Shown here one piece after another: positions 48,026-61,090 of a stretch of DNA of 61,571 bases (positions are counted from its first letter, which is position 1; each line of letters opens with the position of its first letter). The stretch comes from Octopus bimaculoides (taxonomy: Eukaryota), in assembly GCF_001194135.2 (NCBI RefSeq), contig NC_068984.1:6074057-6135627 (forward strand). The letters are read 5' to 3'. The position numbers and the translations under genes were made by a program. The notes below the pieces were generated by a model. It was not told the DNA's origin, made no database searches, and was given only the letters and a program-made list of their open reading frames with translations.

Positions 48026-50937
48026 TAAACTGAACAAAGGAAGGCATGGCTAAATGGTAACAACTTTGTTTTGAAATCTTACGGGCTGGTGTTCAATTCC
48101 ATATTATGACTTGGGCAAACAGATTTGGGTTGATGTAAGGCCCTAAGAGTGAAATAGGGTTAACAAATACTGTGTGAGAAGCCCACTGGATGGGGTGGTG
48201 TGGTGTCTTACTTGTAATTAATTGGTTCGACCTTCTAGCAAACCACATCATGCTGGTTCTATCTGAGAATTGCGTTAAAAGTATTTGCGTCTCAAGAATA
48301 ATGAGCCACTTAGAATAACAAGTAGGTAGGTCAGTCGATTAAGTAGCTGAATGGTCTTTGTTGAAACTGCCGGAATATTGGTCAATATCACTATCGTTGT
48401 TGCTGTCATTACCGACGCTGCCGCCGCCGCCGCCACCACCGCCATTATCATCATCATAGGTACAGAGCCTCTTGCATTATCTACACTAGGTTACAAAGCC
48501 ATCATCTTGTGTTACCATTGCAATGTTACAGATAACAGACCACAGCGTTTTCTAGGGCCTCAAGAATTGGTGGTAGGAAAGGAAGAAATTACTGTTGGAG
48601 TGGAAACTAGCTAATGAATGACTGCTTACAATGCAGCCCATTAAAGACACTCAAGGAGCAACAGGTGGTGTCAAACCAAGTAACTGGTTCTACAGTTCTT
48701 CCATTCCAAAGCAGAAAAAGTTCTGATCTTTTGGTGCTTCTCAAACTTTTCTGTATCTGCCACTTTCTTATGCTAACAGTTTTTCAATACCCACTGGTTA
48801 TGACTTAGCAAAACTGAATACACCACATGTACACATGTATGCAAGTCAGAACATTACCGAATTCTACAAGTGCAGTGGCTGTCTTAGATGCATGGAAATA
48901 TCCACAGATTTTGACAATGACTTTTAATTTATACTTAAGTTTATTGTTTATAATTTAAATTCATAAGCAGTATATATTTGGTTTTGTTTATTTACTTATA
49001 TTCAAAGTTTGTTATTATCGTTGATATTGTTGTTGATGTAATTGTGGTAAAGAAGCAGTTTATCAAAATATTTCATTTTAATATTTTTTTAAAGCTGATA
49101 TTTAAAAGGGCAAAAAAAACCCCATAAAAACAGTGTGTAGATAAATCTAACACTGACTGCCACCACCATTGTCACTCCTTTTGATCTCAATACTAATATA
49201 AAGTTCTTTCCCCTGCACTGGGGTGAACGGGTGGGTACTATCTATTCTGAGAAGTACTGTTTTACTAGTTCTGGCTCCATTATCATATCTCTCTTTTATC
49301 ACACGTCTCTAGTTGACATAATCCCTTCCCTTATATCCCCCTACCTTTTGCCAAAATGTATCCACCTATTGGACATAGTTTTGCATAGAACAAGCATAAA
49401 ATGAAAGAAAAGAAGAGGATGAGGAGCAAGAAAGAGAAAGCAATAAAGCAATAAAGGCAAAAGAAGCATAATAAAAAGGCAAACAAAGCAAGAGGAAAAG
49501 AGAGAGACAGAGAGAGAGAAAGAGAGAGATGAGGGCAAAAGCAAAACTATCTCTATCAAAGAATGAACTCAATTTCTTTGTCATCACGTATTTTACAACT
49601 TTTAATTTCTCTCTCTCTCAGTCAAACATTTATGTTATAATTGTCCATTTTGCATCTGCCTGTTACATAATTTCTTTGTAATTTCCATACTTTCACTCCA
49701 TTCTGCTCTAGTACCCAACGCCATAACCACTGAATCACTAGTCACACTGCCTGTACCAGTGTAACTACTGCTAAGCCAGTACCTCTAAACCACCGACCCA
49801 CAGCCAGTACCATCTGTAACCACTAAACCACCCCAGCTAGTGACACCAACGAACTAGCTCTTGAAATTCGCATAATCTATTCACTGCACGCTCTTTAAAT
49901 GCTGCTTGGTTGTAAAAATATCGCAGCAATTCACTCTGGCCTCCGTATTTAAGTGTTATTCTGTCTGGAAGAATTTCCAATATTTTCATTATTGCCATGA
50001 AAAATATTTTAATGAGCAACGTTCCAGAGTGTATCTAAGATTGCTGTTTACAATAAAATTTGATCATCTCTTGTATCTCTCCGTCTCTCTCTGATTCTAT
50101 GGAAGATGTTCACTTTGCCAAAAACGGTGTTTCCAGGGATGCAGTAATAATCTTTCAATGTTGATATATATGGTTATTATTTCGACTTGGGTAGTGGTTG
50201 AGGGGAGAAGCGAAAAGGAAGATATTCTTGGTTGGGTTGGCTGTGTGTTAGAAAATTTATGGTTGAACAGAGAATCACATTGCCAACCAACACCACTCTC
50301 AACTAACATAACTATTGCAGTCACCACCACCACCACACACGGGACCCATAATCAGTGAGACATTCTAACTAAGCTCATGTCCTAAGCAGATTTTATGTTG
50401 TTGTGTCTCTCTGTTATGCAAATGGTATAATTTGCCTGAATAGAGGAGTCGATATAATGACCTCAGTACCATGGAAACCAAATGGTTCAACGTTCCAACA
50501 CCCACCACTGTCCACTTTTTGCACTGTCTTTCCCATTGTATGATTTAAACATCATAATGTCTCTATGCAATACACATAAACCAACACTTCCCACTTTGCT
50601 TCTCTCCAATGACGACAACAACAACAATAATATTAAGAATTTGTTACACAGTTATAAATTCTTAGCTTGGGAATAATGAAAAAAATAAGACTCTTTTGTG
50701 GGGAGAAGAGTATGTGAAGATGTGAAAATACAAGTGCAGTGAAGTGCTCCAGCTGGGAATTAATACTGTTCTTCATTGATGGTTATGAACTTGACAGTGC
50801 ACTACAATAACCTAAAACAACAACAAACTTTAATTATATGAATTAACAGATGAGCATTTATGCAGTCGTTTGACCTGTTAGAAATAGCAGCCAAATAGTT
50901 TTTGTATGACACCTACTGTCTAAAGTATGTACTAGAT

Positions 50938-51120
50938 CAGTGGCTCTCAACCAGGATCCATATAAGATTTTGTTGTTAAAATTTATGTCAAATAAACTGG
51001 TTATATTTTACAATACATAAAATATGTTTAATAACTTTTTATATAATTTCTAATAATATTTAATGACAAAAATATAATAAGATTTTTCAAACATTGAATG
51101 GCTATGGGGGCCCAGTAGAG
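50938..51120 (+). mobile_element. hAT-type MITE, left part
   Basis: CAGTGGCTCTCAACC TIR preceded by TACTAGAT. Homologous to 700-822. Confidence 0.65.
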
Positions 51121-51556
51121 GAATCACAAGGGGGCGATAGGGTCAGAACCAATACATTAGATGATGTATTTTTAGATACCTCTACATATATAGAATAGTC
51201 ATGGACAAAATAGATGTAATTATAGGTTTGTGTAATCCTGACTGACCTGGGGTTAAATAGCAAAGTCTCAAAGGGAGGAGTATAATCAATGCAACTGATC
51301 CAAATAGTTGAATGGTACTTAAGTTTATCAAGTTTGGAAGAATGTAAAGTAAAATCCACTCCAGCAAGATTTAAACATAAAGTGACTTAACTTAGAAAAG
51401 ACTTCAAAGTATTCAGTACTCCTTGTTTTAGTCGACAGTCCACAACTCCACCTGTTCTCTGTTCTCTGACCACTACTCACTCTTTAGCTTACCAACACCC
51501 TCACCACTTACATATTACTTCTACTACTGCTTTCCTCTCTTCCCTGTCCACTCTTT

Positions 51557-51862
51557 TCATCGTCATTGTTTAATGTTTGCCTTCCATGTTAGCATGAGTA
51601 GGACGTTTTCACAAGAGCCAGCCAGCCAGTCAGAAACTTGCACCAGACTTCTGTAACTGTTTTGGCAGGATTTTTACAGCTGGATGCCCTTCCTAACACC
51701 AACCACTCAGCAGAATGAACTTAGTGCTTTTTACGTGGCACAAGCACAGGTGAGGTCAGTTTTGGCAAGGTTTTTACAGCTGGATGCCCTTCCAAACACC
51801 AACCACTTTGCAGTGTGGGCTGGGTGCTTTCAAGTGGAACCTGCACTCACAAGGTCACCAAG
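51557..51862 (-). mobile_element. RTE 3' UTR with internal ~100-bp tandem duplication
   Basis: TTTGGCA.G.TTTTTACAGCTGGATGCCCTTCC.AACACCAACCACT starts at both 51661 and 51761. Confidence 0.85.
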
Positions 51863-52392
51863 TCCTTTTCTTAAAGATCAATTTTCTTCCTTACACTATT
51901 TTCTTTCATTTTTCTTTCTCCACACCACATTTGTTACATTTAGCTGTTCCTCTCCTTCATAACAGTTATTTCTTTCTCTTTATAGATTTCTAACCAGTTT
52001 CTTACCATCCTTTGAATACACTATCAAATTCTCTGGCCCTTTTAATTTCTCTTCTCTTCACAAAATTCAATATTTTTTCTCTCATTTTCCAATTTTAGTT
52101 TAAACCTTCTGTCTTTGTTTAAAAACATTTGCCCACCCCTTCATACAATTTTAATTCAACTGCACATACATCAATAACACTTTCCCCACTTGTTCTTGTC
52201 ATCCTATACACTTTATCAGTATCTTTACTGCCTCTCATTCACATGTCATCCACCCACACACACTCATACTAACACCTAATACCCTATTTGTCAAACTTTG
52301 TTCTCCCTTTTTTAAATGTTTATTGTATTTGTATTTACCATCTGTGACTGTCTGTTTACCCATGTAAGTATGTATGTGTACACATGCACACA

Positions 52393-52430
<38 letters not shown>

Positions 52431-52494
52431 TACATATTGCAATGTAATCGCATGACTGACCAGGCTATGAGATGTTGTACATCACAGGTCACAA

Positions 52495-52720
52495 CGTGTT
52501 TTGCATTATTTTAGCTTTCAAATGATGCCTACTCGCTGGTTAGGCATGCAGGTCAACCTTCCCCCTGATCAGAAGACAATTCCATCACAGGGGTGACCCA
52601 TTTACAGCTGAGTGGACTGGAACAATGTAAAATGAAGTGGCACTGCTTCGTCCTGGAATTGAACCCATAAATGCTAGATCATGAATGTAACACCCTTACC
52701 ACCAGGCGATGCACCTTCAC
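52495..52720 (-). mobile_element. tRNA/CORE SINE family C, degenerate
   Basis: rc GTGAAGGTGCATCGCCTGGTGGTAAGGG...GGGTTCAATTCCAGG...TTCCAGTCCACTCAGCTGTAAATG. Confidence 0.7.
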
Positions 52721-52926
52721 ATATTGTAATGTAAAAGTTGTGAATCATATCAAAATATACATAGTGCAAATGTCTTAAGTGGAGTGGATAGACACATTAA
52801 TTATGTTAAACATTAATAGTCTACTGAGAGTCTTGAGTCAGGCTGAGCTGCTCCCTGGCTTAAAAACAAAAGAAATAAAGAGAAAAAATGATCCACTGGA
52901 TTTGAAGTTAGAACAATAACCACAGT

Positions 52927-53139
52927 TTAACCCTGTGGTTACCAACTCTGGCTCTGAGTATAAATGTCTTGCTTTCATAAGGTTTGAATTAAAATCTTCC
53001 ACAAAAACTTAGTCACAATTTATGTTTCTAACACTAGCTTAATGATAACTAAATTATTTTACTAAATTCTTTGTTATATTTAAAATAACTGAGAGAAACA
53101 CAGAGCATCTCAAAATAAATACAGTAATGAAAGGGTTAA
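52927..53139. mobile_element. piggyBac-like MITE
   Basis: TTAA-CCCT ... AGGG-TTAA termini: TTAA TSD and CCC/GGG ends. Confidence 0.65.
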
Positions 53140-55294
53140 AGTTTTCTACTCAGCGTACAAGCTCTCAGCAACTTTGAACAGCAAATGATAATTACTTTGA
53201 AAACTGACTACATAACAAGAATTCTTTAAGAACTTGTTGCCAGAATGAAGTCAATCCATAAATTGAGAGAAATAGAGATAGAAGGAGGAATTTTAAAACT
53301 AATATACACAGAAATAATTTCAAATGGGGTTGGTAGTTGTTTTAGATTAGAAAGTTTGGTATTTCTTCTAGTTTTTCATATTTTTGCATCTCCAGATTCT
53401 CATTTATAAATTTTAGACATTTCTTTCTTCTTTCTTCCTTTCCCTGTTTCTTTCTTTCTTCCTTCCTTCCTGTCTTTCTTTTTTACTTTGTTTTTCTTCT
53501 GCTTGTCAGTATTAGATTGCTTTTCCTCATGTACCTCTTTAGGGAGGTTTCCAGGTAGAGAATAAATACACTATTATAATAATATGCTATTTTAAATATT
53601 TTTCTTATCTGCAAATTTGTATATCATACATTCCACCCAATGTTAATAGGCATTTTTTTTTCTTCTTTCTTCAATGCTTGTTTTAGTTTATCTTGACTTC
53701 CTGTCTTCCTTCCTCTGATTTCCTGCAACACCCTAAAATCTAAAACCTCAAGCCTGACCTAAATCATCAATTTCATATTTCTAATCCAACAAGACTTCCT
53801 TCTCTAAGTTTGTGCCAGATCTTCTTTTTTTCTTCTTGAAACACAACCATAAACAATGAGAAAAGGCATCATTTTACAACTCTAAATATTTACATAATTG
53901 AATAAAATGAAAACAATTCATAACCCTTAATGGAGAGTTTAGTTTTCAGCAAAGGCTTCCTCTTTCTGAAGTCAAGACTGGAACAGCTTTGATCATAAAA
54001 CTACTTAATGAGAGCTGACCTTGAGCAAAACATCAACACCCACTGACCCACTGACAAATGGTGGTCAACATGACCACAGCTCTCCTAATCTGGTAAACAA
54101 ATTCTAATATATAGGTGTTTATTTGTTTAAGAATGAAGAGATTTATTTTTGAAATTAATTTACATAGCTGACATTTAGTCTCTGGCCATTTATTTCACAA
54201 TAATCTACAATCTCTAGCCAAGAAACTCCTGACTTCTGTCTTTTCTACCATAACTACAAAGTCCTCTACTTTTCAGAGACACTTTGTTGGGTAAAATTTC
54301 CATCTAAGCTCATTCGTATTACTTTTCTTCACACCTTTTGCCAACTACTTGGTGTCTCTTTCACCATAATGTCAATGTTATGGAATTCCCCTTTTCTGCA
54401 GATATCTATAGGCAACTTTCCAAGATGCACATCAGTCACATAAACATAAATCTAACCTGTTTAGGAAGGCATGTGAAGGTCATTGGGCAGCAGTTTTTAT
54501 CTCCGATGCAAGTCTTTGAGTTACTTTCAAAGACTGTATTTTACAACAAACTGATTTGGTAACCCTTTTAGCTGTCTTTTACAATACACAAGAATATGGT
54601 GTGCCTATTCTAAAACTGGGACATACATAGCATATCCCAGTTTAAAGATCCTCTGTATCTGTGTGTTGTAATAGGTGACTGGAAGGGCACTGTTTGCAAA
54701 ACAATGCTTCAGTAAAACATCCCAACTCATGGCAGCATAATAATGGGAATGTAAAAAGCACAGCTGTTGCTGACTTTTTTGTTCATTCACGTTTTTGTTC
54801 AATTTTTCAGACTTGCATGGGTTAGACAAAAAGGTAATTTATATATATANNNNNNNNNNNNNNNNNNNNNNNNNNNNNNNNNNNNNNNNNNNNNNNNNNN
54901 NNNNNNNNNNNNNNNNNNNNNNNNNNNNNNNNNNNNNNNNNNNNNNNNNNNNNNNNNNNNNNNNNNNNNNNNNNNNNNNNNNNNNNNNNNNNNNNNNNNN
55001 NNNNNNNNNNNNNNNNNNNNNNNNNNNNNNNNNNNNNNNNNNNNNNNNNNNNNNNNNNNNNNNNNNNNNNNNNNNNNNNNNNNNNNNNNNNNNNNNNNNN
55101 NNNNNNNNNNNNNNNNNNNNNNNNNNNNNNNNNNNNNNNNNNNNNNNNNNNNNNNNNNNNNNNNNNNNNNNNNNNNNNNNNNNNNNNNNNNNNNNNNNNN
55201 NNNNNNNNNNNNNNNNNNNNNNNNNNNNNNNNNNNNNNNNNNNNNNNNNNNNNNNNNNNNNNNNNNNNNNNNNNNNNNNNNNTATATATATAGT

Positions 55295-55628
55295 GAAGGC
55301 GCATGGCTCAGTGGTTAGAGCATCAAGCTTATGATCATGAGGTTATGAGTTTGAACCCCAGACTGGGCTGCGTGTTGTGTTCTTGAGCAAGACACTTTAT
55401 TTCACATTGCTCCAGTTCACTCAGCTGTAGAAATGAGTTGCGACATCACTGGTGCCGAGCTGTATTGGCCTTTACATTTCCCTTGGATAACACTGGTGGT
55501 GTGTAGAGGGGAGTCCGGTATGCATGGGCAACTGCTGGTCTTCCACAAACAACCCTGCCCGGACTTATGCCTGGGAAGGTAACTTTCTAGGTGCAATCCC
55601 ATGGTCAGTCATAACCGAAGGGGGTCTC
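55295..55628 (+). mobile_element. tRNA/CORE SINE family C, full length
   Basis: A box TGGCTCAGTGG, B box GAGTTTGAACCC, CORE-like GTGTTCTTGAGCAAGACACTT. Confidence 0.85.
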
Positions 55629-55924
55629 ATTCCCAAGCGTCATACTAATATATACTTTTGTTATTTACACCACCTGTCCTCGTCTGTTGTTATTATTTGT
55701 ATATTCTCCCATATATATATATACACACAGACAAAAACACATTGCAAATTTATATACATACATGTGTGTGTGTGTTCACGTGTGTGTGTTCACGTGTGTG
55801 TGTGTGTGCATGCATGCGTGTCTGTACAGGTGTGTATGAGGTAGAGAAACTTGCATCAGCCGGAAGGTTATGGGTTTGAGGACTGCTATTTTTTCATTTA
55901 GCAGGCCTTTTTTTTAAAATCATG

Positions 55925-56027
55925 GTACTTATTCTGTCAATCTCTTTGGCTGAACTGCTAAGTTACAGGGACACAAACACATCAACAACAAGAGGAGGGT
56001 GACAAACATGGACACAAAGATACACAC

Positions 56028-56080
<53 letters not shown>

Positions 56081-56240
56081 ACACCCCTCCCCCTCCAGCC
56101 CCTGTCCACTAAAGCTACTCCCAGGGCCCTGGCTGGCTCAACGCTACAGTGGAAAGTCAATTGCCCAAGGTGCCAAGCAGTGGGATTGAACTCAGAACCA
56201 TGTGATTGGGAAGCAGACTTCTTATTATACAGCCATGCCT
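55925..56240 (-). mobile_element. SINE family A, degenerate
   Basis: GAACTGCTAAGTTACAGGGAC and TTGCCCAAGGTGCCAAGCAGTGGGATTGAACTC. Confidence 0.8.
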
Positions 56241-57499
56241 TCACTATTGCATAGAGTTGTATACGTTATGTTAAAGAGAATGTGCTGATTAATCAATTTC
56301 TAAAGATGATAATATATTCCACATAATGCCAGTATGAAAAACAGAAAATTGAAAACTAGGAATTTCTCTCTCTCTCTCTCTCACTCTCTCTCTCAGATAT
56401 ATTAATTATACAATAACAAGTTGGATTATTCTGGTTAATATAGCATGAAGCTTCACATATCATAAGGCAGTGGTTCGTGAACGTTTTATATTTTTGTTTT
56501 TTGTATTCTATTGTCATTCTCTTTCAAAGAACTTTGCCAGCATCCAGCCCTTTCAAAACTATTCAAATTAATTCAATATAATTGTTGTTGTATACAAAAT
56601 GCAATTTTCATTGCATTGCAGACCTAGTTGCTGGAATAACAATATATTTAAATTGACAACAATAACATGCACAATACAATAATATGTATAATATAATATT
56701 AACAATAATGCAGCTACATTGGCAAATATAAATATATTAACATTGATTATGAGTTCAGATGAAATTTTTCCTCAAAAATAAATTCAGAAATGACGACAAA
56801 GAAGCAAACATTAAAATATGAAACTGCTCAATGTAGCAAGAACAAATAAATACATAAAGTAATAATAATATTAATAATAATAATGATAATAATGATAATG
56901 ATATTAAAAAAAACAAAACAACTTTTATGCTAAGATATTTTCTCTAGGCTTGTGGTAATAAAAGTCTGTGTTTCAAGGAAGAATTCATTTTTGAAAGATT
57001 TCAAAGACTTTTTAAAAAAATTCTTATGGCCTTTAGCATCTCAAGAAACATTTATTTTAATTTGTCAAACAAATATGAAAGGGAAAATATTGTTTGTGCT
57101 ATACTGATAAAAAAAAAAGAAAAATGGAAAAGTGTGATAGAATTATTTTGAAGTATGCTTTCAGTATTCAGTGACTGTTTTTACTGAAAATGAAAATGAA
57201 ATATTGTAATTTGGTAGGCTTAAGATGTGTCTTTTTCATAATACTTTCAAACTTAAGTAAATGTATATAAAACTGCAGTTCCTCAAAATATCTGACTTTG
57301 ATTGCTGACTGCTTTTATTGTTTTATATAATGAAAAACTGCTGTTATTAGCGAAAATAATATTGATAAATATTTTATCAATGGACTTACTATATACAATC
57401 TTTGATTTAAAGTGGGTTTCAATGTGTACGAGCACAACTATGCGGTTAAGAATTACACTTCATAACAACATGGCTCTGAGTTTGGGGCATTTTGCCAAA

Positions 57500-57715
57500 T
57501 AATCTACACTTGGAAGCCCTTCCTAATACCAACCACTCTGAGAGTGCAATGAGTGCTTTTACGTGCCTCTGGCATGGGTGCCATTTGTATAACACTGGTA
57601 TCTGCCACGACTGCAGTTTTTTTTGGCTTGATGGGTCCCCTTCTCAAGCACCGCATATTGCCAAATGGACTTGGTCATTGCCTCCATGAGACCCAATGTT
57701 CAAAAGGTGCTTTTA
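57500..57715 (-). mobile_element. RTE LINE ORF2 end plus partial UTR
   Basis: Minus TLGLMEAMT..WQYAVLEKGTHQAK, then UTR. Confidence 0.8.
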
Positions 57716-57724
57716 TATATGATC

Positions 57725-57930
57725 ATCATGATCATCATTGCTTAACGTCTGCTCTCCATGCTGGCATGGGTTAGACGGTTCAACTAGAGCTGATGAGCCA
57801 GAGCAATGCACCAGGTCCATGCCAGATCAGAGTGGACCTGGTGCAGCTCTCTGGCTCATCAGCTCCAGTCAAACCATCTAACCTATGCCAGCATGGAGAG
57901 CGGATGTTAAACGATGATGGAGATGATGAT
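57725..57930. mobile_element. Two RTE 3' ends joined head-to-head (fold-back hairpin)
   Basis: Arms 57732-57819 and 57833-57917 are reverse complements, loop TGCCAGATCAGAG, tails on both outer ends. Confidence 0.9.
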
Positions 57931-58100
57931 ATACAGTGCATGTATGGTTGTGTGGTTAAAAGCTTACTTCACAAGGATCTTGTTTGGGGTTCAGTATCAT
58001 TGCACGACACTTTTGGTCAAAGTCTTTTGCCATAGAATCAGGGTGAACAAGGCATTTGTGAGTGTAAAGCTTGGTATACAGAAACTGTACAGATGCCTAT

Positions 58101-58184
<84 letters not shown>

Positions 58185-58353
58185 NNNNNNNNNNNNNNNN
58201 NNNNNNNNNNNNNNNNNNNNNNNNNNNNNNNNNNNNNNNNNNNNNNNNNNNNNNNNNNNNNTATATATAGATAGATAGATAGATAGATATATAGATAGAT
58301 AGATAGATAGATACATACATACATACATACATACATACACAAACACACATGCA

Positions 58354-58520
58354 CATCATCATTTTTAGCGTCTGCCTTCCATGCTGGCATCGGCTGGACG
58401 ATTTGACAGGCGGTGGCCAGGCAAGAGCCTGCATCATGCTTCTGTGTCTGTGTTGGCACGGTTTCTACGGCTAGATTCCTTTCCTAACACCAACCACTCT
58501 GCAGAATGGGCTGAGTGCTC
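58354..58520 (-). mobile_element. RTE 3' UTR and tail
   Basis: Family body. Confidence 0.8.
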
Positions 58521-59661
58521 ATGCCCTTAATTATATTTCTGTGTGTGTGTGTGTATTTAAAAGGAAATAGAAAGAAAGTAGTGGGGAGAGAAAAGGAAGA
58601 AAGAAAAACTTGAACATAGTAGCAAACAGGATAAAAAGTAAGAGCAAATAGATAAATAGATGAATGAATAAATAAATGAACAAATAAAACACAGTAAGTA
58701 AATAAATAGATGCTGCACACATACATACACTTACATAGCATTATACATATACATACAAACAAAATAAAATGAAAATCAATAGAAAAATAAGTGAAAAAAT
58801 ATATGTATAAAGGTAGGTAAGTGAGTGGGAAGAGAGAAAAAGTGGGTAATGTAGAAAAGAGAGTTGAAGGAGGGAAGGGTGTACAAGGAATGTATAGTGA
58901 TGGTCAGTATTTGCTGCTCATCTTTTCATTTCTCCACTAGGTATTACTAATGTAGCTCAAAGGATTACTCACTCATGTTTTTCCAAGTGTCATCTTCAAG
59001 AATTGAATTGAAATACTGACCATCACAATACATTCCTTCTATCCTCATCTCTCCTTTGAAGTCTTTTTTGTACACTTCCTATTTTTCCCATCTTCTCCTT
59101 CACCAACCTACCTTTATGTATTCTCTTTCATTTTTTTCACTTATTTTTCTACTGATCTTCATTTTTTTTATTTCATTTTATTTTAAATATTTCATATATA
59201 TATATGAAATGGTGAGGGTTGGTGGCAAGGGCATCTGGTTGTTAAAAGTCTGCCTTACAAATTCCATCTACTTTTCTATGCAAGCATAGATGTTATAATA
59301 TGATGATGACGAGGAGAAGGCAGAGGAAGAGAAGAGGAGGATGTTTGTATGTGTGTGTGTGTGTGTTTCCATGTCTGTCTGCCTGTCTTCAAATTGACAA
59401 CAGCACTTCGACAACAGTGACATATTGATAACCCATGTAAACAAAATGTCAAGTGGTTCAGTACTTTGACATGGTGAAGACATGGAATAAAATACCTTAC
59501 TTAAAAACAAGTAAATGCTGGTGTCAGGAAGAGTATCCAGCAGCAAATACTGTCTCGACATCTTATCCAATCCATGCCAGCATGGAGTCAAAAAGGGAAT
59601 GACAATATATATATATATATCATCATCATCATCATCATCATCGTTTAACGTNNNNNNNNNN

Positions 59662-60374
59662 ATATATATAAAAGTGAAATTCTGTCTGTCCGGGTCTCCT
59701 ATACCTCAGTTTATATTTGCTCTACATAGACATATACCTTTTTTTGGAATCAGGATGATCCCAGGATTGAAAATCTGACCTTCATCTGGTTCTTGAACAT
59801 CCAACAGTGGGATTTGATTTAAGAGCATTTGGGCTGCTATTTCTAGCAGGTAAGGCAACTGTGAGAGGTTTCAAACAGTTTACAAGAATTACTTCCTTTA
59901 GCTATAATAATAAATGTCGCATTTTGTGTTAGAAAACTGACCAAAACGTTTTGAATTTAATACAAAACTTTGTGACAGTTACCTCCGTTACCTACAATAA
60001 TACACTTAACAAGAGTCAAGGACAATCATTGAAAATTGTTGGACTTCACCTCATGCAGCAGTGCTTCTTCCATGGTCAGCTCTATGCTGGTTGTTCCAGA
60101 ATTGGAAATGGCAACAATCTCTTCATACTCACACCAAATGGTAAAACCAAGATTGTTGTTTATCCTGCTGTTTTACAGTGATCTCCAAAGTCACAGTGAT
60201 ACAAAATTCTCCAAATGTGATTCTCTGTGATATAAATCTGAGATGGTAGGGTACCAATAGAACTTTTATTATTATTGCTCCCCTCAGTTTTGGGCCCTAT
60301 TATCCATATTAGCCCAATTAGCCCTCACAGGAGCTAGTTTAAAATTCCACACAGAGAGTAGCTTTTAAGCTAGT
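59662..60374 (+). mobile_element. Non-autonomous Helitron with PIF1-helicase C-terminal relic (59990-60181)
   Basis: TLNKSQGQSLKIVGLHL..CFFHGQLYAGCSRIGN..LFILTPNGKTKIVVYPAVLQ* matches the Helitron TINKSQG/HGQLYV motifs. 5' ATATATAAAAGTGAAATT.TGTCTGT start and CTAG|T ends at 60334 and 60370. Confidence 0.85.
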
Positions 60375-60790
60375 AATATATATAGATGGATGGATGGATG
60401 GTCGGATGGATGGATGAATATAGAGAGAGACAGATAAATAAGCAGAAAATTAAACATTACTTGCTGTATAGAATTTAGCGTGAAAATTAATGCAATTAAA
60501 GGACAATAACCTGAATGCTAAACAAATCTATATGGTTATGAATACCATATTTTACTAACAATTGGTGTTTTCTATTGAAACCCAAAATTATCACCGTTAA
60601 GGTAATTACCTCTAGTGTGGCCCAATTAGAAACACAGCTGTCATTTCAATATGGACTTCTTAATATAATCAAAATACAGCTACAACTTCATAATTAGGAA
60701 AAATACTGTACATAAAATATATCAGATCTACCCATCTATATATATCTATAGTTGACTGTGTATGTGTACACATGTGTACGTGTACATATG

Positions 60791-60825
<35 letters not shown>

Positions 60826-60878
60826 ATGTGTGTATATATATATTGTTGTTGTTGTTATTATTATTGTTATTATTATTA

Positions 60879-61090
60879 AGGTGGCAAGCTAGCATAATTG
60901 TTAGCATGCCAAGCAAAAGGCTTAGCAGTATTTCACCCGTTGCTATGTTCTGAGTTCAAATTCTGCTGAGGTCGACTTTGCCTTTCATCCTTTTGTGGTT
61001 GATAAATTAAGTACCAGTGAAACACAGGAGTTGATGCAATTGACTAGTCTCCTCTCCTCAAATTTTAGGCCTTGTGCCTATAACAGAAAG
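60879..61090 (+). mobile_element. SINE family B, full length
   Basis: GGTGGCAAGCTAGCATAATTGTTAGC...TTCTGAGTTCAAATTCTGCTGAGGTCGACTTTGCCTTTCATCC...GATAAATTAAGTACCAG. Confidence 0.9.

Noticed and set aside
54340-54520. YRYLQKRGIP*H on minus as a Helitron Rep (QKRGLPH) relic
   Set aside because: Five-residue match with wrong spacing to neighbouring motifs; chance is likely without an HMM hit.
55295-55370. tRNA genes at SINE heads (also 36435, 60879)
   Set aside because: A/B boxes continue into SINE bodies; no complete cloverleaf.
57790-57860. CTGATGAG followed by a stem, as a hammerhead
   Set aside because: No GAAA after the stem and no stem III; it is simply part of the palindrome.
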